From assembly GCA_016186705.1 (NCBI GenBank), contig JACPLB010000003.1, forward strand, positions 18,508-82,507: DNA of 64,000 bases, written 5' to 3'. Numbering within the stretch: the stretch's first letter is position 1; each line of letters opens with the position of its first letter. The translations under genes and the position numbers were made by a program. The notes beneath the pieces were generated by a model, which was not told where the DNA came from, searched no databases, and worked only from the letters and a program-made list of their open reading frames with translations. The stretch is from Candidatus Kaiserbacteria bacterium (lineage in GTDB: Bacteria; Patescibacteriota; Minisyncoccia; Phycocordibacterales; JABMNX01). Positions 7,393 through 15,711 of this stretch are shown here, piece after piece.

Positions 7393-9537
7393 TCACGCGC
7401 GCGGACTTTCCTTTTCTCCCGTCTTTTCTCCCGCCCCTTTCCGCGCCGCAAAATCAGGGTCGGCGCGCTTGATGGAGAGATTGATGCGGTCTTGCCCGTC
7501 AATTTCCTTGATTATAACAGGAACCGTTTCTCCGACCGAGACGATGTCCTCGACGCGATTGACGCGGAATGGCGCAAGTTCAGAAATGTGCACCAGCCCT
7601 TCGGTGTTATGCCCAATGCGCACGAATGCTCCGAAATCAAGCACACGCGTTACCACTCCGTCAAAACGCTCTCCCGCCTTGTACTCATGTGTCATCTCTT
7701 CGATTATTTTTCTCGCCTCGTCAACCCCGCTTTTCCCCGTGATGTAGACCGTGCCGTCGTCTGTAATCGTGATATCCTCGACACCCGTCGCGTCCTTGAT
7801 GCCGTTGATGGTCTTCCCGCCCGGACCTATCACAAGACCAATCTGCTCTTCCTTGACGGAGAGAATGGCAATTTTCGGCGCGCGCGGAGAAATCGTCTCG
7901 CGTGGTTTCGGTATTGCCCCCTCCAAACAATCAAGAATAGTAAAACGTGCCTTTCGTGCCTCGTCGAAAGTCTCCGTAAGTATTTTGATTGAGACCCCTT
8001 CCACTTTTACGTCCATTTGAACCGCAGTAACGCCATCCCGCGTCCCGGCAACTTTACAGTCCATGTCACCGTGCTCATCCTCGGGCCCCTGAATGTCGGT
8101 CAATACTTTATACTTCCCGTCTTCGCCGAGCATGAGCCCCATGGCGACGCCGGCGACGGGCTTTTTGATTGGAACGCCGCCGTCCATAAGCGCAAGCGTT
8201 GACGCGCACACGGAACCCATTGAGGTTGAGCCGTTTGATGCCATTGCTTCAGAAACGATGCGGATGGTGTACGGGAACTCGTCCTGCGTCGGTATGACCG
8301 GAAGGAGTGCTTTTTCGGCAAGCGCTCCGTGCCCGATCATGCGCCGGTTCGCTCCTCCGATGCGCCCCGTCTCTCCAGTCGAAAATGGAGGAAAATTATA
8401 GTGGTGCATAAAACGTTTCTCCGTATCCCGCGCTTCCATATTGTCGATAATTTGCGAATCCCCGGGTCCCCCGAGCGTAAGCGCGGAGAGTATGTGCGTG
8501 CCTCCCCGGTAAAAAATTCCCGTTCCGTGGATGATGTCGGATACTCCTCCCGCTTGCGCGAAGAGAGGTCTGATTTCGTTGAGCGCTCTGCCGTCCGCCC
8601 GCTTCTCTTTTTCGATTGCCGCCTTGTGGATTAGGGCGCTTATTGCTTCTTCAAAATATGCCTCGGCATGTCTTGCATTTTCTTCCGGCAGTGTCTCCTT
8701 GAATATCGCGAGCCATTCATCTTTAAGCTCGTAGATCGTCTTTTTCCCCGGACCCCGGAAAAGGGCTGGTTCAAGTTTTGGAGCGATATTTTTTTCAAAG
8801 AGCGCGACAAGCTCGCGTGAGTAATGGGCGTGCTCAAGTGTACGTTTTTCTTTCCCAATCTCCGCGATGATTTTTTTCTGAAACGCCTGGACTTCATCAA
8901 TTGCTTCGAGCGCTTTTTTGAGAGCGTCTGTGAGCACCCCTTCGCCTGCCTCGCGTGCGCCGACTTCAATCATGTTGATACTCCCGTCTTTTCCGCACAC
9001 GAGGAGGTCGAATTCGTTATCCTTCTGCTCCCTTTCTGCGTACGTTGGATTCACGATGTGCCCATCACCTACTTTGCCGATGCGTACTGCAGAGACGGGA
9101 CCTCTCCACGGAATGTCCGAGGTGCCGAGCGCGAGCGACGCCGCAATAATCGCGAGTACGTCTGGGTCGTCCTCGTCAATCGAGAGTATGGTGATGACCA
9201 CCTGCACCTCGTTTCGGATGCGCTGGTCGAAGAGCGGGCGTATTGTGCGGTCAACGACTCGTCCGGAGAGAATTGCTTCGTCCGTCGGGCGTCCTTCACG
9301 CCGCATGAAACGGCTCCCGAGGATTGCCCCCGCGGCGTAAAATTTTTCTTCATAATCAACCGTGAGCGGAAAGTACCCTGCCTCTTCTTTTACGCCCTCC
9401 GACATGACGGCGGTCGCCAAGACCGCACTATTCCCGTAGCGGAGAATGACCGAGCCGTGGGCTTGGTCTGCCAAATCCGAAAAAATCGCTGTGAGCGTCT
9501 TCCCGCCAATGTCAACGGAGTACTCTTGTGTGTGCAT
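7393..9537 (-). CDS. pnp: polynucleotide phosphorylase
   Basis: Two RNase PH domains, a KH domain and an S1 domain are present. The ATG at 9537 is preceded by an AGGGAG SD. Confidence 0.95.
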   Translation of the reverse strand: MHTQEYSVDIGGKTLTAIFSDLADQAHGSVILRYGNSAVLATAVMSEGVKEEAGYFPLTVDYEEKFYAAGAILGSRFMRREGRPTDEAILSGRVVDRTIRPLFDQRIRNEVQVVITILSIDEDDPDVLAIIAASLALGTSDIPWRGPVSAVRIGKVGDGHIVNPTYAEREQKDNEFDLLVCGKDGSINMIEVGAREAGEGVLTDALKKALEAIDEVQAFQKKIIAEIGKEKRTLEHAHYSRELVALFEKNIAPKLEPALFRGPGKKTIYELKDEWLAIFKETLPEENARHAEAYFEEAISALIHKAAIEKEKRADGRALNEIRPLFAQAGGVSDIIHGTGIFYRGGTHILSALTLGGPGDSQIIDNMEARDTEKRFMHHYNFPPFSTGETGRIGGANRRMIGHGALAEKALLPVIPTQDEFPYTIRIVSEAMASNGSTSMGSVCASTLALMDGGVPIKKPVAGVAMGLMLGEDGKYKVLTDIQGPEDEHGDMDCKVAGTRDGVTAVQMDVKVEGVSIKILTETFDEARKARFTILDCLEGAIPKPRETISPRAPKIAILSVKEEQIGLVIGPGGKTINGIKDATGVEDITITDDGTVYITGKSGVDEARKIIEEMTHEYKAGERFDGVVTRVLDFGAFVRIGHNTEGLVHISELAPFRVNRVEDIVSVGETVPVIIKEIDGQDRINLSIKRADPDFAARKGAGEKTGEKESPRA

Positions 9538-9746
9538 ACAGCTCCCTTGGGTGGCTTTCGGATCCCAGGATTGAAGCCTTGCCTTCTGCACAGGGCGGTT
9601 TCAGTGCTGACGTCCAAAAACCACGGATTATGCGTATAATGATGTACTCTAGCAGAACCGAGGGTTTTCTCAACATATCTCTCTCGTGAAACCAAAAATA
9701 CCCCTCCGCCCAGGGCGGAGGGGTATTTTACGTGTCTTTAGGTTCT

Positions 9747-10211
9747 TTACGTCCGGGGGAATTTCCACCGCGAGCCGCCGATGAGGTATTTCTCATGGTC
9801 CTCGCAGAGGTCGATAAAATCGTCCGCAATATCGCGCAGGCGCGAGGAAGCAGACTTGCCGAAGGCGATGACCTCCACCTGACTCCCCTCTTTATATTTA
9901 AGATATTCAACGAGCGGCACGAAATCTCCATCGCCGGTCGCGAGGACAACCGCGTCGAGTTTTGACGCCATGGAGATGGCATCAATCGCCATACCGACAT
10001 CCCAATCGGCTTTTTTTGCGCCTCCGTAGAATACCTGGAGGTCTTTCGTCTTCGTTTCAATACCGAGTTTTTCAAGGGCTTCAAAAAAACCCTGTTCCTC
10101 TCCGCTCTCCGTTGTCACGACGTACGCATACAAATTCTTCGCGCTATGGTAGAGATTTTGCGTGTCGATAAAAACTCCGACGCGCTGTTCCTTATGTTTA
10201 ATAACAGCCAT
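9747..10211 (-). CDS. NYN-domain (LabA/DUF88-like) protein
   Basis: The motifs GVFIDTQNLYHS and DVGMAIDAISMA...VLATGDGDFVPLVEYL identify it. It lies between rpsO and pnp. Confidence 0.8.
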   Translation of the reverse strand: MAVIKHKEQRVGVFIDTQNLYHSAKNLYAYVVTTESGEEQGFFEALEKLGIETKTKDLQVFYGGAKKADWDVGMAIDAISMASKLDAVVLATGDGDFVPLVEYLKYKEGSQVEVIAFGKSASSRLRDIADDFIDLCEDHEKYLIGGSRWKFPRT

Positions 10212-10372
10212 AAAAATTATGGTACATAAAACTGATAATAGGGGTCACCCATGTCCATTATAGCTCCTCGGCTCGGAAATACGGAAGCACATAGACGATA
10301 CGGGGCAACAACACTGCTTATGAAACTGTAGAAGTTCTTCGCGGGTACAATAAAAATGCGTACGGAGCGTGC

Positions 10373-10639
10373 TTATCTCTTGAGGTCGAGTTTCTTGAGA
10401 AGCGCGTTGTACGAGCGCTTGTTGTTTCTCTCAAGGTACTTCAGGTGTTTCCTCCGGTCAGCAACCATCTGAAGCAGTCCTCGTCGGGAATGCTTGTCTT
10501 TGACGTTCTTTTTAAGATGCGAAGTCAGGGCGTCAATGCGCTTTGAAAGGAGCGCAACTTGCACTTCGGAAGACCCCGTATCCGTCTCATGCTTTTGGAC
10601 TTCCTTGACTGCTCGTGCCTTTTTCTGTTTCGTCAGCAT
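10373..10639 (-). CDS. rpsO: 30S ribosomal protein S15
   Basis: The core TGSSEVQVALLSKRIDALTSHLKKNVKDKHSRRGLLQMVADRRKHLKYL identifies S15. The internal Met start gives an 88-aa protein. Confidence 0.9.
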   Translation of the reverse strand: MLTKQKKARAVKEVQKHETDTGSSEVQVALLSKRIDALTSHLKKNVKDKHSRRGLLQMVADRRKHLKYLERNNKRSYNALLKKLDLKR

Positions 10640-10785
10640 GCGCTTAGGATAGCACAAATAAGCCCTCTTTGCAAGCCTTTTTAAGATTACCATGTATGCC
10701 AAAGATATGCCGTAGTACGCCTCCGTATTTCTGCACCTGGAAATTTATTGTGCGACACTCGTGCTATACTGTACTTTAAAGAGAT

Positions 10786-11691
10786 ATGTCAGAAAATTTG
10801 AGAACGCTCAAACAGGAATTTTTGGAATACATCGAGATTGAAAAAGGTCGGGCACTCAAAACCGTTGAGAATTACAACCGGTATCTTGTCCGTTTCCTTT
10901 CATTTTCAAAAGCAGTCTCCGTCCGTGATATTACCGAGGAGGACATTCGCAGATTCCGGCTTGAACTCAATCGGGCGCATCTCAACCGCCGCACGCAAAA
11001 TTACTATCTCATTGCGCTCCGCCAATTCCTGAAGTATTTGGTAAAACGAAAGTATGAAGTTGTGTCCCCCGATACGATTGAGCTTGCGAAAGAGATCCAG
11101 CGTGACATCAGTCTCATCTCCCCTATTGAACTTGGGCGGCTCCTCGATGCGCCCGACGGGGCGGATGTAAAATCGCTCCGCGACAGAGCGATGCTTGAAA
11201 TGCTTTTTTCCACCGGTCTTCGGGTCTCCGAACTCTGCAGTCTCTCTCGGTACCTCGACTGGTCTCGTGATGAAATTTCAGTACGCGGAAAAGGCGGAAA
11301 AATCCGTCCGGTATTCATCTCTCCCGGAGCAAAGCGTGCGATACAGGCATATCTTAAGAAACGTACCGATACCGACGACGCGCTCTTTGTATATTTCGGA
11401 CACGGCGCGAAACGCGCGAAAGGCGATGACGGGTCTGTGCGTCTTTCACCGCGCAGTGTTGAACGTATTGTGAAACGCTACGCGGTAAAGGCGGGTATTG
11501 ATACGCGCGTGACGCCGCACACGCTCCGCCACTCGTTCGCGACTGACCTTCTTCAAAACGGCGCTGACCTGCGGAGCGTCCAGGCGCTTCTCGGGCACGC
11601 GAATATCGCGACAACGCAGGTCTATACGCACGTTACCGACAAGCACCTCAAAGACATACACAAGGCGTTTCACGGTAAAGGGAGAAAATAA
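10786..11691 (+). CDS. tyrosine site-specific recombinase, XerC/XerD family
   Basis: It has an N-terminal SAM-like domain and the catalytic core ...HTLRHSFATDLLQNGADLRSVQALLGHANIATTQVYTHV. Confidence 0.9.
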   Translation: MSENLRTLKQEFLEYIEIEKGRALKTVENYNRYLVRFLSFSKAVSVRDITEEDIRRFRLELNRAHLNRRTQNYYLIALRQFLKYLVKRKYEVVSPDTIELAKEIQRDISLISPIELGRLLDAPDGADVKSLRDRAMLEMLFSTGLRVSELCSLSRYLDWSRDEISVRGKGGKIRPVFISPGAKRAIQAYLKKRTDTDDALFVYFGHGAKRAKGDDGSVRLSPRSVERIVKRYAVKAGIDTRVTPHTLRHSFATDLLQNGADLRSVQALLGHANIATTQVYTHVTDKHLKDIHKAFHGKGRK

Positions 11692-11716
11692 AAAAGAGGT
11701 CGTGAGGGAAACTCTC

Positions 11717-12553
11717 TTATTTAATAAGTCCTCGAACAAACTCATTCTGGTCAAAAGGTTTTCCTGCCTCATACAAAAATGTGTACAAACTCTTGAGAAA
11801 GGAGGCGACATTCTCGTCTTCTATGGTCAAAATCATATTTTCCGTCCAGTTATTCATCACCGCCATGTTTTTAAAGATAAAGAACTCCATGTTTCCCTTG
11901 AGCCACTCTTTTGGCACGAGCCGAATCGCCTGCATACGCTCTCCGAACGCTTTTGGCCAATCAGGGTCTTTCTCGGCAAACTTACGATATACATCTTTAA
12001 TATCTTCAGTCAAAACCCCCTCAAGAATGACGCCGCTTTTCTTTATTCCCTCATTTACTTTTTTGGTTATTTCCCCGGGCACTTTCTCAAACCACGAGAG
12101 TGCGGCACTCGCGGTCTGTATCGCATAAATACGTCCGGTGTCCTTACGTGCCATAGAGTTCAGGTATACCTTAACGACATTCCCTACTCCCCGATAAATT
12201 TTCACTTCACTTTTCTCTGAAATTCGAACACCAAAGAGATCTCGCATGTCCCTTTTGCTTTTCTCAACACTGCTTAAAACGCCAAGTGATTCTGCGGCTT
12301 CTTTTAATTCTTGCTCAAATTGGGTTGGTTTTGTGAGACGCCACACGCTTGCGTATCCTTTTGAGACTCGCCGCACCATTTTGCGGTCATGAAGTCGCTT
12401 GAGTACATCGTCAACGGTTGAGCGCGGGAAATTCACTACACGGCTAAGCGCGCTTACCGATAACGCACCCCTCTCCTTAAGCGCGTGAACTGTTTTTGCT
12501 TCAGCGTCGGTAAAATCAAAAATATCCCACCCATCCTTCATTTGATTTTTCAT
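11717..12553 (-). CDS. TrmB-family transcriptional regulator, paralog of 2642-3403
   Basis: The N-terminal HTH is AKTVHALKERGALSVSALSRVVNFPRSTVDDVLKRLHDRKMV and the architecture matches the first copy. Confidence 0.7.
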   Translation of the reverse strand: MKNQMKDGWDIFDFTDAEAKTVHALKERGALSVSALSRVVNFPRSTVDDVLKRLHDRKMVRRVSKGYASVWRLTKPTQFEQELKEAAESLGVLSSVEKSKRDMRDLFGVRISEKSEVKIYRGVGNVVKVYLNSMARKDTGRIYAIQTASAALSWFEKVPGEITKKVNEGIKKSGVILEGVLTEDIKDVYRKFAEKDPDWPKAFGERMQAIRLVPKEWLKGNMEFFIFKNMAVMNNWTENMILTIEDENVASFLKSLYTFLYEAGKPFDQNEFVRGLIK

Positions 12554-12555
12554 AG

Positions 12556-12602
12556 GTTCATTATAGCATAGGTTCTCCCATAGTTAACGAAATTTTCGTT
12601 AA
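12556..12602 (-). promoter_or_regulatory. near-leaderless promoter (extended -10 TGcTATAAT) with the palindrome TTAACGAAAtTTTCGTTAA overlapping the -35
   Basis: On the plus strand the -10 is ttatagca and the palindrome spans 12584-12602. It is a candidate autoregulatory operator. Confidence 0.55.
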
Positions 12603-12670
12603 AGTGTATAGTGATAAAATGGCTCTGTTTTGTCATATCTTCGTATTTTAATCGGTAGAAAATGTATTTG

Positions 12671-12698
12671 TTGAAAACTATTGACATTTTGTTATAAA
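12671..12698 (+). promoter_or_regulatory. sigma70-like promoter (TTGAAA, 16 nt, TATAAA) for ORF 12766
   Basis: The -35 TTGAAA lies at 12671-12676 and the -10 TATAAA at 12693-12698, with a 16-nt spacer. Confidence 0.45.
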
Positions 12699-12765
12699 AT
12701 ATGTGCAGTAAAGTTCATCGAAATTGCGCTTTGGCACACCAACTATGCCTTAGGAGGGCATCACC

Positions 12766-13407
12766 ATGAGAATCTTAGTAATTGAGGACACGCAGAAGCA
12801 TCTAAATGATGCCAAGAAGTATGTCAAAGGTCTGGTTGGTTGCATGGTGGATTTCGCCACTACGCTGTGCGAGGCAGAGGAACTGCTGATGCAGAATCAA
12901 TACGACGGAGTCATCTCCGACGTATTCTTCCCTGCAAAGGCCGGCACATCGGCGGAGACATTCATGAACGCTATCGCAATCAACAGTTTATTGATTGCAA
13001 TGGGCGTCCACCACGTCTTCAATACGGCGGGCAACCATCACGGTAGGAAGTATAAGGGGTTTATCTGGAAAACGCCTCACAACCCACTCACCGAGTCCGA
13101 AGAGGATCATCGGTCGGGAGAATATGGTCGGAGACCCTGCTATGACTTCCGTACCACAGGTATGATCATCGAGGCGTACCCCAATGACTCCGACGGCGAG
13201 AAGGATGCGAAGCAATGGCAGGCTGCCTTCCGGTATATCCTCCTCGCACAGACGCTTCTCGGACTCCCCGACAAGGGAGAGGGCGTCGTCAAGGATGCGA
13301 AAGAGCTGCGTGGCTTCCCATATGGGGAGTACGGCGGTCTCACTAAGTCCTTCGCGGAGTGTTCCCACCCCTTCGTCGTCGAGACCTTCCAGAAGTTCAA
13401 CGCGTAG
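12766..13407 (+). CDS. hypothetical protein with a receiver-like (CheY-fold-like) N-terminus, in a codon-usage-atypical module
   Basis: An AGGAGG SD precedes it. The N-terminus MRILVIEDTQ...YDGVISDVFFP resembles a REC domain but lacks the conserved T/K, and the rest is unrecognised. It uses G/C-ending codons, unlike its neighbours. Confidence 0.55.
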   Translation: MRILVIEDTQKHLNDAKKYVKGLVGCMVDFATTLCEAEELLMQNQYDGVISDVFFPAKAGTSAETFMNAIAINSLLIAMGVHHVFNTAGNHHGRKYKGFIWKTPHNPLTESEEDHRSGEYGRRPCYDFRTTGMIIEAYPNDSDGEKDAKQWQAAFRYILLAQTLLGLPDKGEGVVKDAKELRGFPYGEYGGLTKSFAECSHPFVVETFQKFNA

Positions 13408-13571
13408 CTGGCTGATATCCAATCTTAAACCAAACTTGGGAGAAGTAGCACTTCTCCCCTCCATTGAGACCATAATTTTTTGAAATTGTGTTCTCATCGA
13501 GAAAAGTTCTTTGGAAAACGTGACATTTTGTTACGCCCGCACCTCGGGGATTCGGGGGTGGAGGAAATCCT

Positions 13572-13853
13572 ATGACATCTTCACATATGGTTGAGCTTGT
13601 GCGTATTCCAGAGCCTATGTCTCATCCGGTGGCCGAAGAGCGCCTCCAGCAGATGGGATATCGCCCCGCAACCCCTGAAGAGTTCGAGGTCTTCAAGCGA
13701 GAGGCTAGCGACGACATCGCCAAGCAATACTCGCTGGGTCTCGAGCCCGACTGGTTCTGGGTTCACATTATAGATCCCACAGAACGATCGAAGGATCCCA
13801 CGGAGCGGGAACGCTTTGGGGCGGCGGGTGCCTACGCTGCTGTGAGAATCTAG
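13572..13853 (+). CDS. hypothetical small protein (93 aa), second gene of the atypical module
   Basis: A GGAGG SD lies 8 nt upstream. It shares the G/C-ending codon bias and I recognise no family. Confidence 0.5.
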   Translation: MTSSHMVELVRIPEPMSHPVAEERLQQMGYRPATPEEFEVFKREASDDIAKQYSLGLEPDWFWVHIIDPTERSKDPTERERFGAAGAYAAVRI

Positions 13854-13976
13854 ACTTTGCTGAACATCAGGCGGAGCCGGCTGATATCCGGCTTAGCAAC
13901 AGAAGTCTCTCAAGCCAAACGGCAGATGAGACAAAACTATCACCGCGGTGCATACGCGGAATACAAATCCTAAGCC

Positions 13977-14010
13977 ACCGTCAGCCTTGAGCTGGCGGTT
14001 TTCTTTTTCC
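13977..14010 (+). terminator. intrinsic terminator closing the atypical module
   Basis: The hairpin accgtcagccttgagctggcggt is followed by tttcttttt. Confidence 0.65.
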
Positions 14011-14048
14011 TGCTTCTCCCGTTTTGAAAAACCGACTACAATAACTGT

Positions 14049-14852
14049 ATGAAACTCTTCTCGTGGAACGTGAACGGCATACGCGCGGTCAATAAAAAAA
14101 ACCTTTTTGTGCCGTTTATCAAAAAATTTAATCCGGATATCGTATGCCTTCAGGAAACGAAGGCACAAAGGGGCGATGCGGAGATTGATTTACCGGAGTA
14201 TGAAGAGTACTGGAACTCGGCAGAACGCAAGGGATACTCCGGCGTGGCGATTTTTACGAAAAAAAAGCCAATGTCGGTTTTCAACAACTTCCCTGTAGAC
14301 ATCGCGGCAAAATATAATATTGCCGGAGACGGATATGGCAACCCGAACGCCGAGGGGCGTGTCATTGCGCTTGAGTTCAGGGACTTTTTTGTGTTGAGCG
14401 TCTACACGCCGAACTCAAAGGGAGATTTAAGCCGGCTTTCACTGCGACATAGACACTGGGACCCGGCGTTTCTTGAATACGTAAAACAACTCGAGAAGAA
14501 AAAACCGGTAATATTTTGCGGGGACATGAATGTGGCACACACAGAGCAGGACCTCGCTCATCCAAAAGCAAACGAAGGGGAACACGGCTTCACCAAGGAA
14601 GAGCGCGAAGGGATAGACAATATCATCAAGGCGGGATTTGTGGATACCTTTCGCTATTTCACTCCTAAGGGAAACGGTTACTACACGTGGTGGACGCATT
14701 GGCAGAGGGCGCGAGAGCGGAATGTCGGCTGGCGGATTGACTATTTCTTCATGAGCAAAAAACTTGTCAAAAAACTTACAAAAGCGTCTATACATCCTGA
14801 TGTTATGGGCTCCGACCACTGCCCTGTGAGCATTGAGCTCGATTATTCATAA
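14049..14852 (+). CDS. xth: exodeoxyribonuclease III (AP endonuclease)
   Basis: The start MKLFSWNVNGIRA, an EEP-fold motif ...LQETK... and the C-terminal SDHCPV identify it. Confidence 0.9.
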   Translation: MKLFSWNVNGIRAVNKKNLFVPFIKKFNPDIVCLQETKAQRGDAEIDLPEYEEYWNSAERKGYSGVAIFTKKKPMSVFNNFPVDIAAKYNIAGDGYGNPNAEGRVIALEFRDFFVLSVYTPNSKGDLSRLSLRHRHWDPAFLEYVKQLEKKKPVIFCGDMNVAHTEQDLAHPKANEGEHGFTKEEREGIDNIIKAGFVDTFRYFTPKGNGYYTWWTHWQRARERNVGWRIDYFFMSKKLVKKLTKASIHPDVMGSDHCPVSIELDYS

Positions 14853-15256
14853 AGGACATTTTGTATCGCTAGTTCGAAGGCTTATCCACAGTAGTGTCCT
14901 TTACATGTCCTTTAGAGAGAGTACGCTCAAGGGAGGCAGGTCTTTTTAGTTCTTTCAAAAAGAGCTTGCTCTGTGAACCCGATCTAGTAACAAGATTGCT
15001 CAAGCAGTACGTATATCTACAATCACGCAACATTTTTGTTTTCAAAGGTATTACGTTACTTCGGTGGTTCTTGAAGCCAGATAGTGTTTACGCCACAAGT
15101 CGCTTTAACGCGCGTTTCGGTTTTTGCCCAACTCCTCCCGTACCCGCAATAAAGCGGCTTTGTTTTACATACCAAAACTTGACAAAATTGAGTTTATAAT
15201 GTATATTGTATACTAGTCTCGAATTGCAACCGCTTACAATAGCAAATGGAGGTTCG

Positions 15257-15673
15257 ATGTCCCAAAGAAAAGACTTATCAGCTGCCGTTACGGTGGCTGT
15301 CATGAATTTTGAAAAGACCCTCCTCGTTCGTGATCTAAAACATGCTAATCCGCAATGGAAGTTCCCCGGTGGAGGAAAGGAACCAGGAGAGACTCCTGAA
15401 GAAGCGGCTGTTCGCGAACTTCATGAAGAAGCCGGAGTTAAAATCTCCGTTGACGAACTTGTGCTTCTTGATAAAGAAATGCGCAAGAAGCCATCTCGTC
15501 ATCGCCACTTTTTCTTCGGTGTTGACATTGGTGAGGATTCTTTTCTCTCTCGCGGACTCAAAAAATTCGGTGAGACGGGTGAGGAAACAAAAGTCGTCCC
15601 TCTTGATGCCACTCCCGAAACCATAGAGCTTGAGCAACAGCTTCGACTGCTCAAAAAACTGCGCGCCGTTTGA
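15257..15673 (+). CDS. NUDIX hydrolase
   Basis: The Nudix box is GGGKEPGETPEEAAVRELHEEAGV. A GGAGG SD precedes the ATG at 15257. Confidence 0.85.
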   Translation: MSQRKDLSAAVTVAVMNFEKTLLVRDLKHANPQWKFPGGGKEPGETPEEAAVRELHEEAGVKISVDELVLLDKEMRKKPSRHRHFFFGVDIGEDSFLSRGLKKFGETGEETKVVPLDATPETIELEQQLRLLKKLRAV

Positions 15674-15711
15674 AAAAGCCGGCGCGCCTCTTGTTTTATA
15701 CCGCACGCCCG

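Noticed and set aside
13401-13930. The shared downstream elements of the two atypical ORFs might be integron attC sites.
   Set aside because: No GTTRRRY core sites or bulged inverted repeats are recognisable, and no IntI-type integrase is present. I report them only as repeated boundary motifs.
14894-14902. Four perfect DnaA-box 9-mers (TTATCCACA at 14894 and 21087; TGTGGATAA at 46921 and 48428) might mark oriC.
   Set aside because: They are scattered over 34 kb. One is inside csoR coding sequence. They are not clustered and not next to dnaA or dnaN. This is consistent with mild chance enrichment.
14853-15256. The 400-nt ORF-free region might be RNase P RNA. A P4-like CTGTGAACCCGATCTA segment resembles ACAGAACCCGGCUUA.
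   Set aside because: The mandatory partner GGAAAGUCCGGGCU and the AGGGUGAAA...GGUGCGGUAAGAGCGCACC core are both absent. The region is too degenerate to call. I treat it as an intergenic region with repeat motifs.
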